Under the pieces are notes generated by a model that saw only the letters and a program-made list of their open reading frames with translations, ran no database searches and had not been told where the DNA came from. A stretch of DNA of 64,000 nucleotides from Burkholderia sp. (GTDB taxonomy: Bacteria; Pseudomonadota; Gammaproteobacteria; Burkholderiales; Burkholderiaceae). Position 1 is the stretch's first letter, and the number at the start of each line of letters is the position of its first letter. A program made the translations under genes and the position numbers. Shown piece after piece: positions 32,633 to 41,735 of the stretch. The stretch lies in assembly GCF_031253835.1 (NCBI RefSeq), contig NZ_JAIRVP010000068.1; one strand, 5' to 3'.

Positions 32633-33856
32633 ATGAATGACATGGGTTATCAGGTGATGGAACTGGCGAACGGCAAGCCGGTGAAGATGTGGACGCAAGG
32701 CGTCGCCGTCGAGGACGAAGCGCGCGCGCAGTTGCGCAACACCGCGCAGATGCCGTTCGTCTTCAGCCACATCGCGGTGATGCCGGACGTCCATCTCGGC
32801 AAGGGCTCGACGATCGGCAGCGTGATTCCGACGAAAGGCGCGATCATCCCGGCCGCGGTCGGCGTCGACATCGGCTGCGGAATGATGGCCGCACGCACGA
32901 CGCTGACGGCGTCCGACCTGCCGGATTCGCTCGCGGGGCTGCGCAGCGCGATCGAACGCGCGGTGCCGCACGGCCGCGCGCCGGGCCGCCGCGATCCGGG
33001 CGCGTGGGGCGATCGCACGCCGGCCGCCGTGACCGAATCGTGGCAGTCGCTGCAGCCGGGCTTCCAGCGGATCGTCGACAAGTATCCGAAGCTGGAAAAG
33101 ACGAACCACTACGCGCATCTCGGCACGCTCGGCACCGGCAATCACTTCATCGAAGTGTGCATCGACGAAGCGGACCACGTGTGGTTCATGCTGCACAGCG
33201 GCTCGCGCGGCGTCGGCAATGCGATCGGCAGCCTGTTCATCGAACTCGCGCAGGCCGACATGCGCCAGCACATCGCGAACCTGCCGGACCGCAACCTCGC
33301 GTATTTCACCGAAGGCAGCCGGCACTTCGACGATTACGTCGAGGCGGTCGGCTGGGCGCAGGACTACGCGCGGCGCAACCGGCAGGCGATGATGGACGCG
33401 GTGATCGCCGCCGCGCGCGGCGTGATCGCGAAGCCGTTCGCGGTCGACGAGCACGCGGTGAACTGCCACCACAACTACGTGCAGCGCGAACGCCACTTCG
33501 GCGAAGACGTGCTCGTGACGCGCAAGGGGGCGGTGTCCGCGCAGAAGGGGCAACTGGGGATCATCCCGGGCTCGATGGGCGCGAAGAGCTTCATCGTGCG
33601 CGGGCTCGGCAACCCGGAAAGCTTCTGCTCGTGCAGCCACGGCGCGGGCCGGACGATGAGCCGCACCGAAGCGAAGCGCCGCTTCACGGCCGACGACCAG
33701 GTGAAGGCCACGCAGGGTGTCGAATGCCGGAAGGACGCGGGCGTCGTCGACGAAATCCCGATGGCCTACAAGGACATCGACGCGGTGATGGCGGCCCAGC
33801 GCAGCCTCGTCGAAGTGGTGCACACGCTGCGCCAGGTGGTGTGCGTGAAAGGATAG
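32633..33856 (+). CDS. rtcB: RNA-splicing ligase RtcB (3'-phosphate/5'-hydroxyl RNA ligase)
   Basis: The protein is near-collinear with E. coli RtcB (KMWTQGVAVEDEARAQLRNTAQMPFVFSHIAVMPDVHLGKGSTIGSVIPTKGAIIPAAVGVDIGCGM ... RQVVCVKG). The start choice (AGGTGA SD before the ATG at 32633) is uncertain, and 32615 or 32657 are possible. Confidence 0.95.
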   Translation: MNDMGYQVMELANGKPVKMWTQGVAVEDEARAQLRNTAQMPFVFSHIAVMPDVHLGKGSTIGSVIPTKGAIIPAAVGVDIGCGMMAARTTLTASDLPDSLAGLRSAIERAVPHGRAPGRRDPGAWGDRTPAAVTESWQSLQPGFQRIVDKYPKLEKTNHYAHLGTLGTGNHFIEVCIDEADHVWFMLHSGSRGVGNAIGSLFIELAQADMRQHIANLPDRNLAYFTEGSRHFDDYVEAVGWAQDYARRNRQAMMDAVIAAARGVIAKPFAVDEHAVNCHHNYVQRERHFGEDVLVTRKGAVSAQKGQLGIIPGSMGAKSFIVRGLGNPESFCSCSHGAGRTMSRTEAKRRFTADDQVKATQGVECRKDAGVVDEIPMAYKDIDAVMAAQRSLVEVVHTLRQVVCVKG

Positions 33857-33911
33857 CGCGGTGCGCGGCCGATGGCCGGCGGCCGCGCGCAAAGAAAGGG
33901 AAACAACAACC

Positions 33912-34727
33912 ATGAAAACGGAAAACACCATGACGCCCGTGCGCAGCGCGCATCCGGTCGCCCCGGCCGTGCGGGCGCGCGTGATGGCGGAACTCGCGGA
34001 AGTCGAGCGCCGCCACGACGTGAGCGTGCTGTTCGCGTGCGAATCGGGCAGCCGCGGCTGGGGCTTCGCGTCGCCGGACAGCGACTACGACGTGCGCTTC
34101 GTGTACGTGCATCGGCGCGACTGGTACCTGAGCGTCGAAGCGCAACGCGACGTGATCGAGCGGCCGCTCGACGACGAGCTCGACGTGAGCGGCTGGGAGC
34201 TGCGCAAGGCGTTGCAACTGCTGCGCCGCTCGAACCCGACGCTGCTCGAATGGCTCGACTCGCCGGTCGTGTATCGCGAAGATGCACGCTGGGCGCCGCG
34301 GCTCCGCTCGCTGGCGGCGGCATTCTTCTCGCCGGTGCGCGGGCGCCATCACTACCTCGCGATGGCGAAGAAGAACTTTCGCGGCTATCTGCAAGGCGAC
34401 ACGGTGCGTTACAAGAAGTACCTGTACGTGCTGCGGCCGCTGCTCGCGGTGCGCTGGATCGACATGGGGCTCGGCATGCCGCCGATGCGCTTCGTCGATC
34501 TCGTCGACGGCACCGTGCACGAGCCGGCGGTGCGCGCGGAACTCGATGCGTTGCTCGCGCTAAAGATGCGCGCGAACGAAAGCGAGTACGGGCCGCGCCG
34601 GCCCGCGATCCACGCGCTCGTCGAGTCGATGCTCGCCGATGCCGAACACGACCGCGCATACAAGCGGCCGTGGGGCGACGTGGCGATGCTCGACGCGTTC
34701 CTGCGCGACGTGGTCGACTGCCGCTGA
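33912..34727 (+). CDS. Pol-beta-superfamily nucleotidyltransferase of the type associated with RtcB operons
   Basis: The NTase motif is FACESGSRGWGFASPDSDYDVRFVYV (GS...D.D). An AAGGGA SD precedes the start. The gene lies 56 nt after rtcB in the same orientation. Confidence 0.8.
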   Translation: MKTENTMTPVRSAHPVAPAVRARVMAELAEVERRHDVSVLFACESGSRGWGFASPDSDYDVRFVYVHRRDWYLSVEAQRDVIERPLDDELDVSGWELRKALQLLRRSNPTLLEWLDSPVVYREDARWAPRLRSLAAAFFSPVRGRHHYLAMAKKNFRGYLQGDTVRYKKYLYVLRPLLAVRWIDMGLGMPPMRFVDLVDGTVHEPAVRAELDALLALKMRANESEYGPRRPAIHALVESMLADAEHDRAYKRPWGDVAMLDAFLRDVVDCR

Positions 34728-34729
34728 AA

Positions 34730-34769
34730 GACGGACGGCGCGGTGCCTGCGGGCATCGCGCCGTCCGTC
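34730..34769 (+). terminator. 13-bp GC hairpin (GACGGACGGCGCG...CGCGCCGTCCGTC) immediately after the NTase stop; likely the end of the operon
   Basis: It is a perfect inverted repeat with no U-tract, which is common in high-GC genomes. Confidence 0.4.
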
Positions 34770-34961
34770 CATCCGCCGCTGTTGCTGGCCGGCCGGCAAC
34801 ACGCGTACCCGCCCGCTACGGGTCGCGACATCGATCGCACCGCGCGGCAGCGGTATACTTGTCGCCGTTCGCGCCGCTGCACTCGACCTGCACCGCTTGC
34901 TGACGATGCGCTTGCAGTCCGGCATCTTCCGCCCGCCCTTTCACCGTCGATACGAACCGTC

Positions 34962-36113
34962 ATGTCGCACCGTTTTCCGCTTGCCCTCGCCGTCCTCCTC
35001 GCCGCTTCCCCGATCGTCGCCCAGGCCCGCCCGCTCGCGCGGCCGCCGGTCGAGCGCGATTTCAAGAGCTGGTCGGTCGTCTGCGACAACGGCAATCGCT
35101 GCGTGGCCGAAAGCCATGCGGACGATATCGACGATGCACGCCCCACCCTGATCCTGCGCATGACGCGCGATGCCGGCCCCGATGCGCAGCCGTCGCTCGA
35201 CCTCTACGCGTCGGCGCCGCTGGACCTGCGCACCGCACGCGTCGACGGCCGCCCGTTCGACGCGGTGCCGGCCCAATGGCGTGGGTTCGGCGACAAGAAC
35301 GATGACGCGGCACACCCGTTCAGGGTCCGCACGAACGATCCGGCAACGGTTGCAGCGTGGCTTTCCGCGTCGCGCAATGCACAAGCGCTGAGCTTCGGCG
35401 ATCCGGCGGCGGCACACACCGCTCGCACGCCGTTGTCGGGGTTGAATGCCGCGCTGCTGCTGATCGACGATACGCAGGGCCGCGTCGGCACGGTCACCGC
35501 GCTGCTGCGCCCGGGCAGCAAGCCTGCGTCGTCGGTGCCGCCCGCACCGGCGCTGCCGCCCGCCGTCACGCCGGCGCCGCCGCCCGTCGCGAACCTGTCG
35601 GCGGCGGAACAGCGTCCGCTCGTCGACGCGGTGCTCGCGAAATTCGGCGCCGACGTGAAGCAATGCGCGGCCGATGTCGAGGACGAAATGTCGGCGAGCG
35701 ATCGCCGGAAGGCGTCGACCGCCGTCGCGATCTCGGCCGACGAGGCACTCGTCGCGATCCCGTGCCAGACCAGCAGCATGTATAACCACACCGACCTGTG
35801 GTATCGCATCCGCCGCACCGCACCGTACGCGCCGACGGCGATGAACTTCGGCGAAAACGCGAACGCGGGCCTCGATTCGGCGTCGTTCGCGAATGAACTG
35901 ACCGACGCCGGCTACGATCCGGCCACCGCGATGCTGTCGAGCAAGGTGCGATTGCGCAGCGCCGGCGATTGCGGCTCGACCGCGTCGTGGATCTTCGACG
36001 GCCGGCGCTTCCTGCTCGACGACATCGCGACGCACGGCACCTGCAACGGCCTGTTCCAGGACCAGTGGCCGCGCCTGTATCGCCGCGCCGACGCGACCGC
36101 AAGCGCGCACTGA
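34962..36113 (+). CDS. Secreted protein of unknown function (signal peptide; DUF1176-like)
   Basis: The protein MSHRFPLALAVLLAASPIVAQA has a cleavable signal peptide, conserved Cys pairs, and a Pro/Ala-rich linker. Confidence 0.65.
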   Translation: MSHRFPLALAVLLAASPIVAQARPLARPPVERDFKSWSVVCDNGNRCVAESHADDIDDARPTLILRMTRDAGPDAQPSLDLYASAPLDLRTARVDGRPFDAVPAQWRGFGDKNDDAAHPFRVRTNDPATVAAWLSASRNAQALSFGDPAAAHTARTPLSGLNAALLLIDDTQGRVGTVTALLRPGSKPASSVPPAPALPPAVTPAPPPVANLSAAEQRPLVDAVLAKFGADVKQCAADVEDEMSASDRRKASTAVAISADEALVAIPCQTSSMYNHTDLWYRIRRTAPYAPTAMNFGENANAGLDSASFANELTDAGYDPATAMLSSKVRLRSAGDCGSTASWIFDGRRFLLDDIATHGTCNGLFQDQWPRLYRRADATASAH

Positions 36114-36122
36114 CGCATCAGG

Positions 36123-36791
36123 TCACGCGCCGACGATCGAGATCGAGAACCCGTCCCAGCCCTTCTGCCCGACCGTCTGCACGGCCGTCGTCGTGAGCGC
36201 CGGCTCGGCCACGAGACGCGCGAACCCGTCGCGCACGCCGACCACGTCGGGCTCGCGATTGTCCGGATCGGCCACGCGCCCGCTCCGTACAACGTTGTCG
36301 ACGACGATCACCGTGCCGGGCCGCGACAGCTTCAGCGCCGCGTCGAGATAGACCGCGTTGTTGTCCTTGTCCGCATCGATGAAGATGAAGTCGAACGGCG
36401 CCTCACCGGCATCGACGAGCCGCGCGAGGCTGTCCTTCGCGCTGCCGACCACCACCGACACGACCTCCGCGAACCCGGCGCGCGCGATGTTCTGCGTCGC
36501 GACCTTCGCATGCCCGGGGTTCAGCTCGAGCGTCACGAGCGAGCCGCCGGGCGGCAATGCGCGTGCGAGCCAGATCGTGCTGTAGCCGCCGAGCGTGCCG
36601 ACCTCGAGGATGCGGCGCGCGCCGCGGATCGTCGCAAGCAGCTGCAGCAGCTTGCCCTGGTTCGGCGCGACGTTGATCGCGGGCAGCCCGGCCGCGTCGC
36701 TGGCTGCCAGCGCGGCATCGAGCGCGTCGTCGGACGGCACGAGCGTCGCGGAGAAATACGCATCCACCTGGTTCCACTGATCCTGACCCAT
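36123..36791 (-). CDS. Class I SAM-dependent O-methyltransferase (caffeoyl-CoA OMT family)
   Basis: The SAM-binding region is RILEVGTLGGYSTIWLARALPPGGSLVTLELNPGHAKVATQNIARAGFAEVV...FDFIFIDADKDNN. Confidence 0.85.
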   Translation of the reverse strand: MGQDQWNQVDAYFSATLVPSDDALDAALAASDAAGLPAINVAPNQGKLLQLLATIRGARRILEVGTLGGYSTIWLARALPPGGSLVTLELNPGHAKVATQNIARAGFAEVVSVVVGSAKDSLARLVDAGEAPFDFIFIDADKDNNAVYLDAALKLSRPGTVIVVDNVVRSGRVADPDNREPDVVGVRDGFARLVAEPALTTTAVQTVGQKGWDGFSISIVGA

Positions 36792-36940
36792 CGCGCACCT
36801 GTCGTCTGAGGAAAAAGGCATTCTATGCGCGGCGCCCCCATAAGCAACACACCATTCGTTCTAAGGACAGCAGCGCGCGTGCTCCTATAATCGCCGGACG
36901 GCAGGACCCCTCGACCTTCACAACAACAAACGGAGCACCC

Positions 36941-38236
36941 ATGACCGATCAGGCCAAGCCGAACTGGCGTCTCGAAACCATCGCCGTGCACGGCGGTTAT
37001 CGTCCCGACCCGACCACGCGCGCGGTCGCCGTCCCGATCTACCAGACCGTTGCGTACGCATTCGACGATACGCAGCACGGCGCCGACCTGTTCGACCTGA
37101 AGGTCCAGGGCAACATCTACACGCGGATCATGAACCCGACCACGGACGTGCTCGAGCAGCGGATCGCCGCGCTCGAGGGCGGCATCGGCGCGCTCGCGCT
37201 GGCATCGGGCCAATCCGCCGTCACGTATGCGATCCAGACGATCGCCGAAGCCGGCGACAACATCGTGTCCGCGAGTTCGCTGTACGGCGGCACCTACAAC
37301 CTGTTCGCACATACGCTGCCGCAATACGGGATCACCACGCGCTTCGCCGATCCGCGCGACCCTGCGTCGTTCGAGCCGCTGATCGATGCGCGCACGAAAG
37401 CGATCTTCGCGGAATCGGTCGGCAACCCGCTCGGCAACGTCACCGACATCGCCGCGCTCGCGGAAGTCGCGCATCGCCACGGCATTCCGCTGATCGTCGA
37501 CAACACGGTGCCGTCGCCGTACCTGCTGCGCCCGTTCGAGCACGGTGCGGACATCGTCGTGCACTCGCTGACGAAATATCTCGGCGGGCACGGCACGAGC
37601 CTCGGCGGCGCGATCGTCGATTCGGGCAAGTTCCCGTGGGCCGAGCACGCCGACCGCTTCAAGCGGCTGAACGAGCCGGACGTCAGCTATCACGGCGTCG
37701 TCTATACGGAAGCGTTCGGGCCGGCCGCGTATATCGGCCGTGCACGCGTGGTGCCGCTGCGCAACATGGGCGCGGCGATTTCGCCGTTCAACGCGTTCCA
37801 GATCCTGCAGGGCATCGAAACGCTGGCGCTGCGCGTCGAGCGGATCAGCGACAACGCACTGAAGATCGCGCAGCATCTCGCGCGCCACGAGCACGTCGAA
37901 TGGGTGAACTATGCGGGCCTGCCCGATCACCCCAATCATCCGCTCGTCGCACGCTACCTGTCGGGCCGCGCGCCGGGCATCCTGACGTTCGGCGTGAAGG
38001 GCGGCCGCGACGGCGGTGCGAAGTTCCAGGATGCGCTGAAATTGTTCACGCGGCTCGTCAACATCGGCGATACGAAGTCGCTCGCGACGCACCCCGCCTC
38101 GACGACGCACCGGCAACTGTCGCCGGCCGAACTCGCGAAGGCCGGCGTGAAGGAAGAGACGGTGCGGCTGTCGATCGGCATCGAGCATATCGACGACCTG
38201 CTCGCCGATCTCGACCAGGCGCTCGCGCAGCTTTGA
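36941..38236 (+). CDS. metY: O-acetylhomoserine sulfhydrylase (PLP-dependent aminocarboxypropyltransferase)
   Basis: The sequence ETIAVHGGYRPDPTTRAVAVPIYQTVAYAFDDTQHGADLF...SLTKYLGGHGTSLGG is MetY-like. A TATAAT -10 box lies upstream. Confidence 0.9.
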   Translation: MTDQAKPNWRLETIAVHGGYRPDPTTRAVAVPIYQTVAYAFDDTQHGADLFDLKVQGNIYTRIMNPTTDVLEQRIAALEGGIGALALASGQSAVTYAIQTIAEAGDNIVSASSLYGGTYNLFAHTLPQYGITTRFADPRDPASFEPLIDARTKAIFAESVGNPLGNVTDIAALAEVAHRHGIPLIVDNTVPSPYLLRPFEHGADIVVHSLTKYLGGHGTSLGGAIVDSGKFPWAEHADRFKRLNEPDVSYHGVVYTEAFGPAAYIGRARVVPLRNMGAAISPFNAFQILQGIETLALRVERISDNALKIAQHLARHEHVEWVNYAGLPDHPNHPLVARYLSGRAPGILTFGVKGGRDGGAKFQDALKLFTRLVNIGDTKSLATHPASTTHRQLSPAELAKAGVKEETVRLSIGIEHIDDLLADLDQALAQL

Positions 38237-38394
38237 CCGGAACGGGCGTGCCGGCCGGTGCGCCCCGCGTCAAATACCTTGACCTTGAAGCGGCTTCAAG
38301 GTGTTCAATCCCCGGTTGATGCCGGGGTGACGCCCGGCGCACACGATCGTGCAGCGCGGCCCGAGCTGCGGCACGCCAACCGCTGAGAGGCCTC

Positions 38395-39120
38395 ATGACA
38401 CCCACCGCGAAGCTTGCGCTGCTCACGTTACCGCCCGTGCTGGCGGCCTGTTTCGGCGCGCTCGCGGCCGCGTGGCGCGCGCCCGGCCCGAAGACGTCGA
38501 GCGTCATCCAGCACTTCACCGGCGGCATCGTGTTCGCGGCCGCGGCGCTCGAACTGCTGCCGCAGGACCGCGCGCATGCGCTGTTTCCGGTCGTCGTCGG
38601 GTTCGTGCTCGGCATCGCGCTGATGCTCGCGATCCGGGCGCTGTCGGGCGCGATCGAGACGCGCTACGAGGAAGCGCGGCTGCCCGTGAGCCTGATCGTC
38701 GTCACCGCGATCGACCTCGTCGTCGACGGCCTCGTGCTCGGCATCGCATTCTCCGCCAGCGACGAAAGCGGCATCATCCTGACCGTCGCGCTGACGCTCG
38801 AAGTGCTGTTCCTCGCGCTGTCGGTCAGTGCGGCGCTCGCCGCCGCAGGCATCGGCCGCATGCTGTCGATCGTCGTGCCGGTCGGACTCGCGGCGCTGCT
38901 GAGCATCGCGGCCGTAGCCGGCAACGCGGCGTTTGCCGGCCTGCCGGCGAATATCTACGCGGCGCTGCTGGGGCTCGGCACCGTCGCGCTGCTGTACCTC
39001 GTGACCGAGGAACTGCTCGTCGAGGCGCACGAGGTGCCCGAAACACCGTTCGCGACGGCCGCGTTCTTCATCGGCTTCATCGTGTTCTTCCTGATCGAAG
39101 GGTCGGTCAAGGCCGGCTAA
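38395..39120 (+). CDS. ZIP-family divalent metal (zinc) transporter
   Basis: Eight TM helices are predicted. The metal-binding motif is HFTGGIVFAAAALELLP, and the sequence contains ...EELLVEAHEVPETP. Confidence 0.85.
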   Translation: MTPTAKLALLTLPPVLAACFGALAAAWRAPGPKTSSVIQHFTGGIVFAAAALELLPQDRAHALFPVVVGFVLGIALMLAIRALSGAIETRYEEARLPVSLIVVTAIDLVVDGLVLGIAFSASDESGIILTVALTLEVLFLALSVSAALAAAGIGRMLSIVVPVGLAALLSIAAVAGNAAFAGLPANIYAALLGLGTVALLYLVTEELLVEAHEVPETPFATAAFFIGFIVFFLIEGSVKAG

Positions 39121-39134
39121 GCCTTGCGCGGCGG

Positions 39135-39638
39135 CTACCACGTCGTCGCGCCCGTCGGAAACGTGTCGACGATACGCGTGCCGTTCACCGGCGTGACGCC
39201 CTCGTTGCGCAACGCAGCCCACAGGTCGATCGCATGTTCGCGCGACTTGCGGCTGCCGTCGTCGGTCAGCACATTCAGTGCGATGACTTCGTCCCGCGTG
39301 GTCAATTGCAGCTGTTCCTTCAGCTTGCGCGACTGATGCGACGCGGTACGGACATCGCCGAGCACGATCCGCTTCTCCGTCATCGTCGACTCGCCGCCGC
39401 CATCGGCCGGCACGAACGTCAGCCGGCCGTTGTCGACCTCGCATTGCCCGCGCGTGAACGTCGCGGTCCACGCGCCAGCCGGCACGGCCGCGAATTCGCA
39501 GCGCATCCGCTCGTTCGCACGGCTGCCGGCGTCATGCGCCGGCGCGTGCGACAGCGCACGTTCCGGCCAGCCGGCCGCCATCGCGGCCGTCGACATCAGG
39601 CACGCCGCCAGCACGATTCCTTTCACGATATTGCGCAT
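39135..39638 (-). CDS. Secreted hypothetical protein (167 aa, with a signal peptide)
   Basis: The protein MRNIVKGIVLAACLMSTAAMAA has a signal peptide and contains no domain I recognise. Confidence 0.55.
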   Translation of the reverse strand: MRNIVKGIVLAACLMSTAAMAAGWPERALSHAPAHDAGSRANERMRCEFAAVPAGAWTATFTRGQCEVDNGRLTFVPADGGGESTMTEKRIVLGDVRTASHQSRKLKEQLQLTTRDEVIALNVLTDDGSRKSREHAIDLWAALRNEGVTPVNGTRIVDTFPTGATTW

Positions 39639-39704
39639 GACACGCTCCTTTCCACATGGGGATACGGCCGACGCGCATCGCGCCGTCCGGCCGTGAATGA
39701 ACGA

Positions 39705-39980
39705 TCAACGAACCGCAAGGCGGTTGTCGTGCGCGTCGACCCTCGGCACCTGCTCGCCGCGGTGAACGGTCGAGCGATGGATTTCCTGATTCCGCGCGAC
39801 AGCAGCCGGGCTCGCCGGGTAATCGTGATTCGGGCTCGGGATCACGCCGTCGTGGCGCGCGCGCACCAGTTCCTGACGGACTTCCTGCCGGGTCTTGGAT
39901 TGGGCGGCCACGGCCTGTGAGAAGGCCGCAATCGACAGTGCGGCAACGGCGATGGCGATCATCGGTCGCGGAATATTCAT
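39705..39980 (-). CDS. Small secreted protein of the DUF4148 family (paralog A, 91 aa)
   Basis: The internal start MNIPRPMIAIAVAALSIAAFSQAVAAQ is a signal peptide. The conserved block is KTRQEVRQELVRARHDGVIP...YP...VARNQEIH..VHRGE..P..DAHDN. Confidence 0.65.
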   Translation of the reverse strand: MNIPRPMIAIAVAALSIAAFSQAVAAQSKTRQEVRQELVRARHDGVIPSPNHDYPASPAAVARNQEIHRSTVHRGEQVPRVDAHDNRLAVR

Positions 39981-40057
39981 GTTGTTCGCTCCTTGCTGGA
40001 AATCCGTGACGGGAGCCTTCACTGTGAGCCGGCGCCGGTGCGGAATCGTGATCGCAG

Positions 40058-40081
40058 CATGACGGTTTCGTCACCGTCATG
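40058..40081. promoter_or_regulatory. Palindrome CATGACGGT-ttcgtc-ACCGTCATG located upstream of DUF4148 paralog A
   Basis: It is a perfect 9-bp inverted repeat about 80 bp upstream of the start at 39980. It shares the core ATGACGGTTnCGTCA with the site at 43058-43076. Confidence 0.45.
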
Positions 40082-40295
40082 GCATCTGCTGCGTCGCAGT
40101 ACGAACGAAATTCCTCGCTTGATTCGTTGCACATGACACGGCGATGACATTTTTCTCATTTGTCCCTCACCTCCACGATCCGAACGCTTTCCAGAATCGC
40201 CAGCGCGATCTCGATATTCCGGCCCGCCACCGCAAGGCTCCGCACCGGAATCGAGCGATCCACGAAACGATCTTCTTGAACCTCAGGGGCACACC

Positions 40296-41456
40296 ATGAA
40301 AACTCCAGTTCGGCTCGTCATGATGTCGGGTACGCTGCTCGCGGCCACTCACGCGGCGCATGCGACGGAAGTCACGCTGTACGGCCTGTTCGATACGTCG
40401 CTCACGTACGTGTGGAACGCCAGCGCGGACGGCAAGAATCTCGTCGGCCTCGGCAACGGCAACCTGCTCGGCAACCGCTTCGGCGTGAAAGGCGCGGAAG
40501 ACCTGGGCGGCGGGCTGAAAGCGATCTTCACGCTGGAAAACGGCTTCAACCCGAACACCGGCGAACTCGGCCAAGGCAAGCGGATGTTCGGCCGGCAGGC
40601 GTTCGTCGGCCTCGAGAGCGCGCGCTGGGGCACGCTGACGCTCGGCCGCCAGTACGATGCGCTCGCGGACGTCGCCTGGCCGGTCACCGGCGACTTCTAC
40701 TTCGGCAGCGTGTACGCGACACCCGGCGACGTCGACAACTACGACACGTCGTCGCGCACCGACAACGCGGTGAAGTACACGTCGCCCATAATCAGCGGCT
40801 TCCAGTTCGTCGGCATGTACGCGCTCGGCGGCGTGGCCGGCAAGAGCGGCGCGGGCCAGACCTGGTCGGCCGGGCTGTCGTACAGCAACGGCCCGGTCGA
40901 CGCCGCGGGCGGCTACTACTACGCGGCCAACCGTTCATCGCTCGCCAACGGCATCCGCACCGGCTGGAACGGCACGTCCGACGGCACGTTCGACGGGTCG
41001 CTGGTCAACGGCGGCTACATGTCGGCAAAATCGATCGGCATCGCGCGCGGCGCGCTGCGCTACAACTTCGCGCCGTTCGCGGTCGGCATCGACTACAGCA
41101 ATGCGCTGTACAAGGCCGACGCGATGTCCGCGTTCCGCAGCACGCAGAAGTACGACACCGCGCGCGGCTTCTTCAACTATCAGGCGACGGCCAGCCTGCT
41201 CGTCGGCGTCGGCTACAGCTACACGCGTGCCCGCGGCGATACGAGCGCGACCTACCATCAAGTGTCCGCCGGCGCCGACTACGTGCTGTCGAAGCGCACC
41301 GATCTCTATGCGGTCGGCGCGTGGCAGCGGGCGAACGGCGAGCAGCGCACGCTCGACGGCGGCACGCAGACGGCGCAGGCATCGATCGGCTCGTACGGCT
41401 ACGGCGGCACGCGCACGCAGGGCATCGTCAACCTCGGGTTGCGCCACCGGTTCTAA
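40296..41456 (+). CDS. Gram-negative general porin (second paralog in the window)
   Basis: The signal peptide is MKTPVRLVMMSGTLLAATHAAHA. The protein contains TEVTLYGLFDTSLTY and ends in GLRHRF like the porin at 1272-2399. Confidence 0.9.
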   Translation: MKTPVRLVMMSGTLLAATHAAHATEVTLYGLFDTSLTYVWNASADGKNLVGLGNGNLLGNRFGVKGAEDLGGGLKAIFTLENGFNPNTGELGQGKRMFGRQAFVGLESARWGTLTLGRQYDALADVAWPVTGDFYFGSVYATPGDVDNYDTSSRTDNAVKYTSPIISGFQFVGMYALGGVAGKSGAGQTWSAGLSYSNGPVDAAGGYYYAANRSSLANGIRTGWNGTSDGTFDGSLVNGGYMSAKSIGIARGALRYNFAPFAVGIDYSNALYKADAMSAFRSTQKYDTARGFFNYQATASLLVGVGYSYTRARGDTSATYHQVSAGADYVLSKRTDLYAVGAWQRANGEQRTLDGGTQTAQASIGSYGYGGTRTQGIVNLGLRHRF

Positions 41457-41608
41457 GCACGGCGGCCAATCGTGCGCGCTGCGTGACGAAAATTTCATGT
41501 GGCGATCAGGTTCGCGATGCGCGATGCCGCTACGATCGGAACGGTAACGGGCCCTGCCCGTTGCCACCCACGCAGCGGGTCGTTGTCGCACGACACGATC
41601 ACGCGTTA

Positions 41609-41643
41609 GGCCCGGACTCGTCGAGTATCGGGCCTTTTTTTTT
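41609..41643 (+). terminator. Rho-independent terminator GGCCCG-gactcgtcgagtat-CGGGCC followed by T9
   Basis: A 6-bp GC stem is followed by TTTTTTTTT. It lies about 150 nt after the porin stop. Confidence 0.7.
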
Positions 41644-41735
41644 GCGTGGCGATTCGACACCACGTGTGCCGTGCGATGACCCGGCGATCGTCGGTGACGC
41701 TATCCTGTGACATCGCCGTTCATCCCCAGCCGGCC

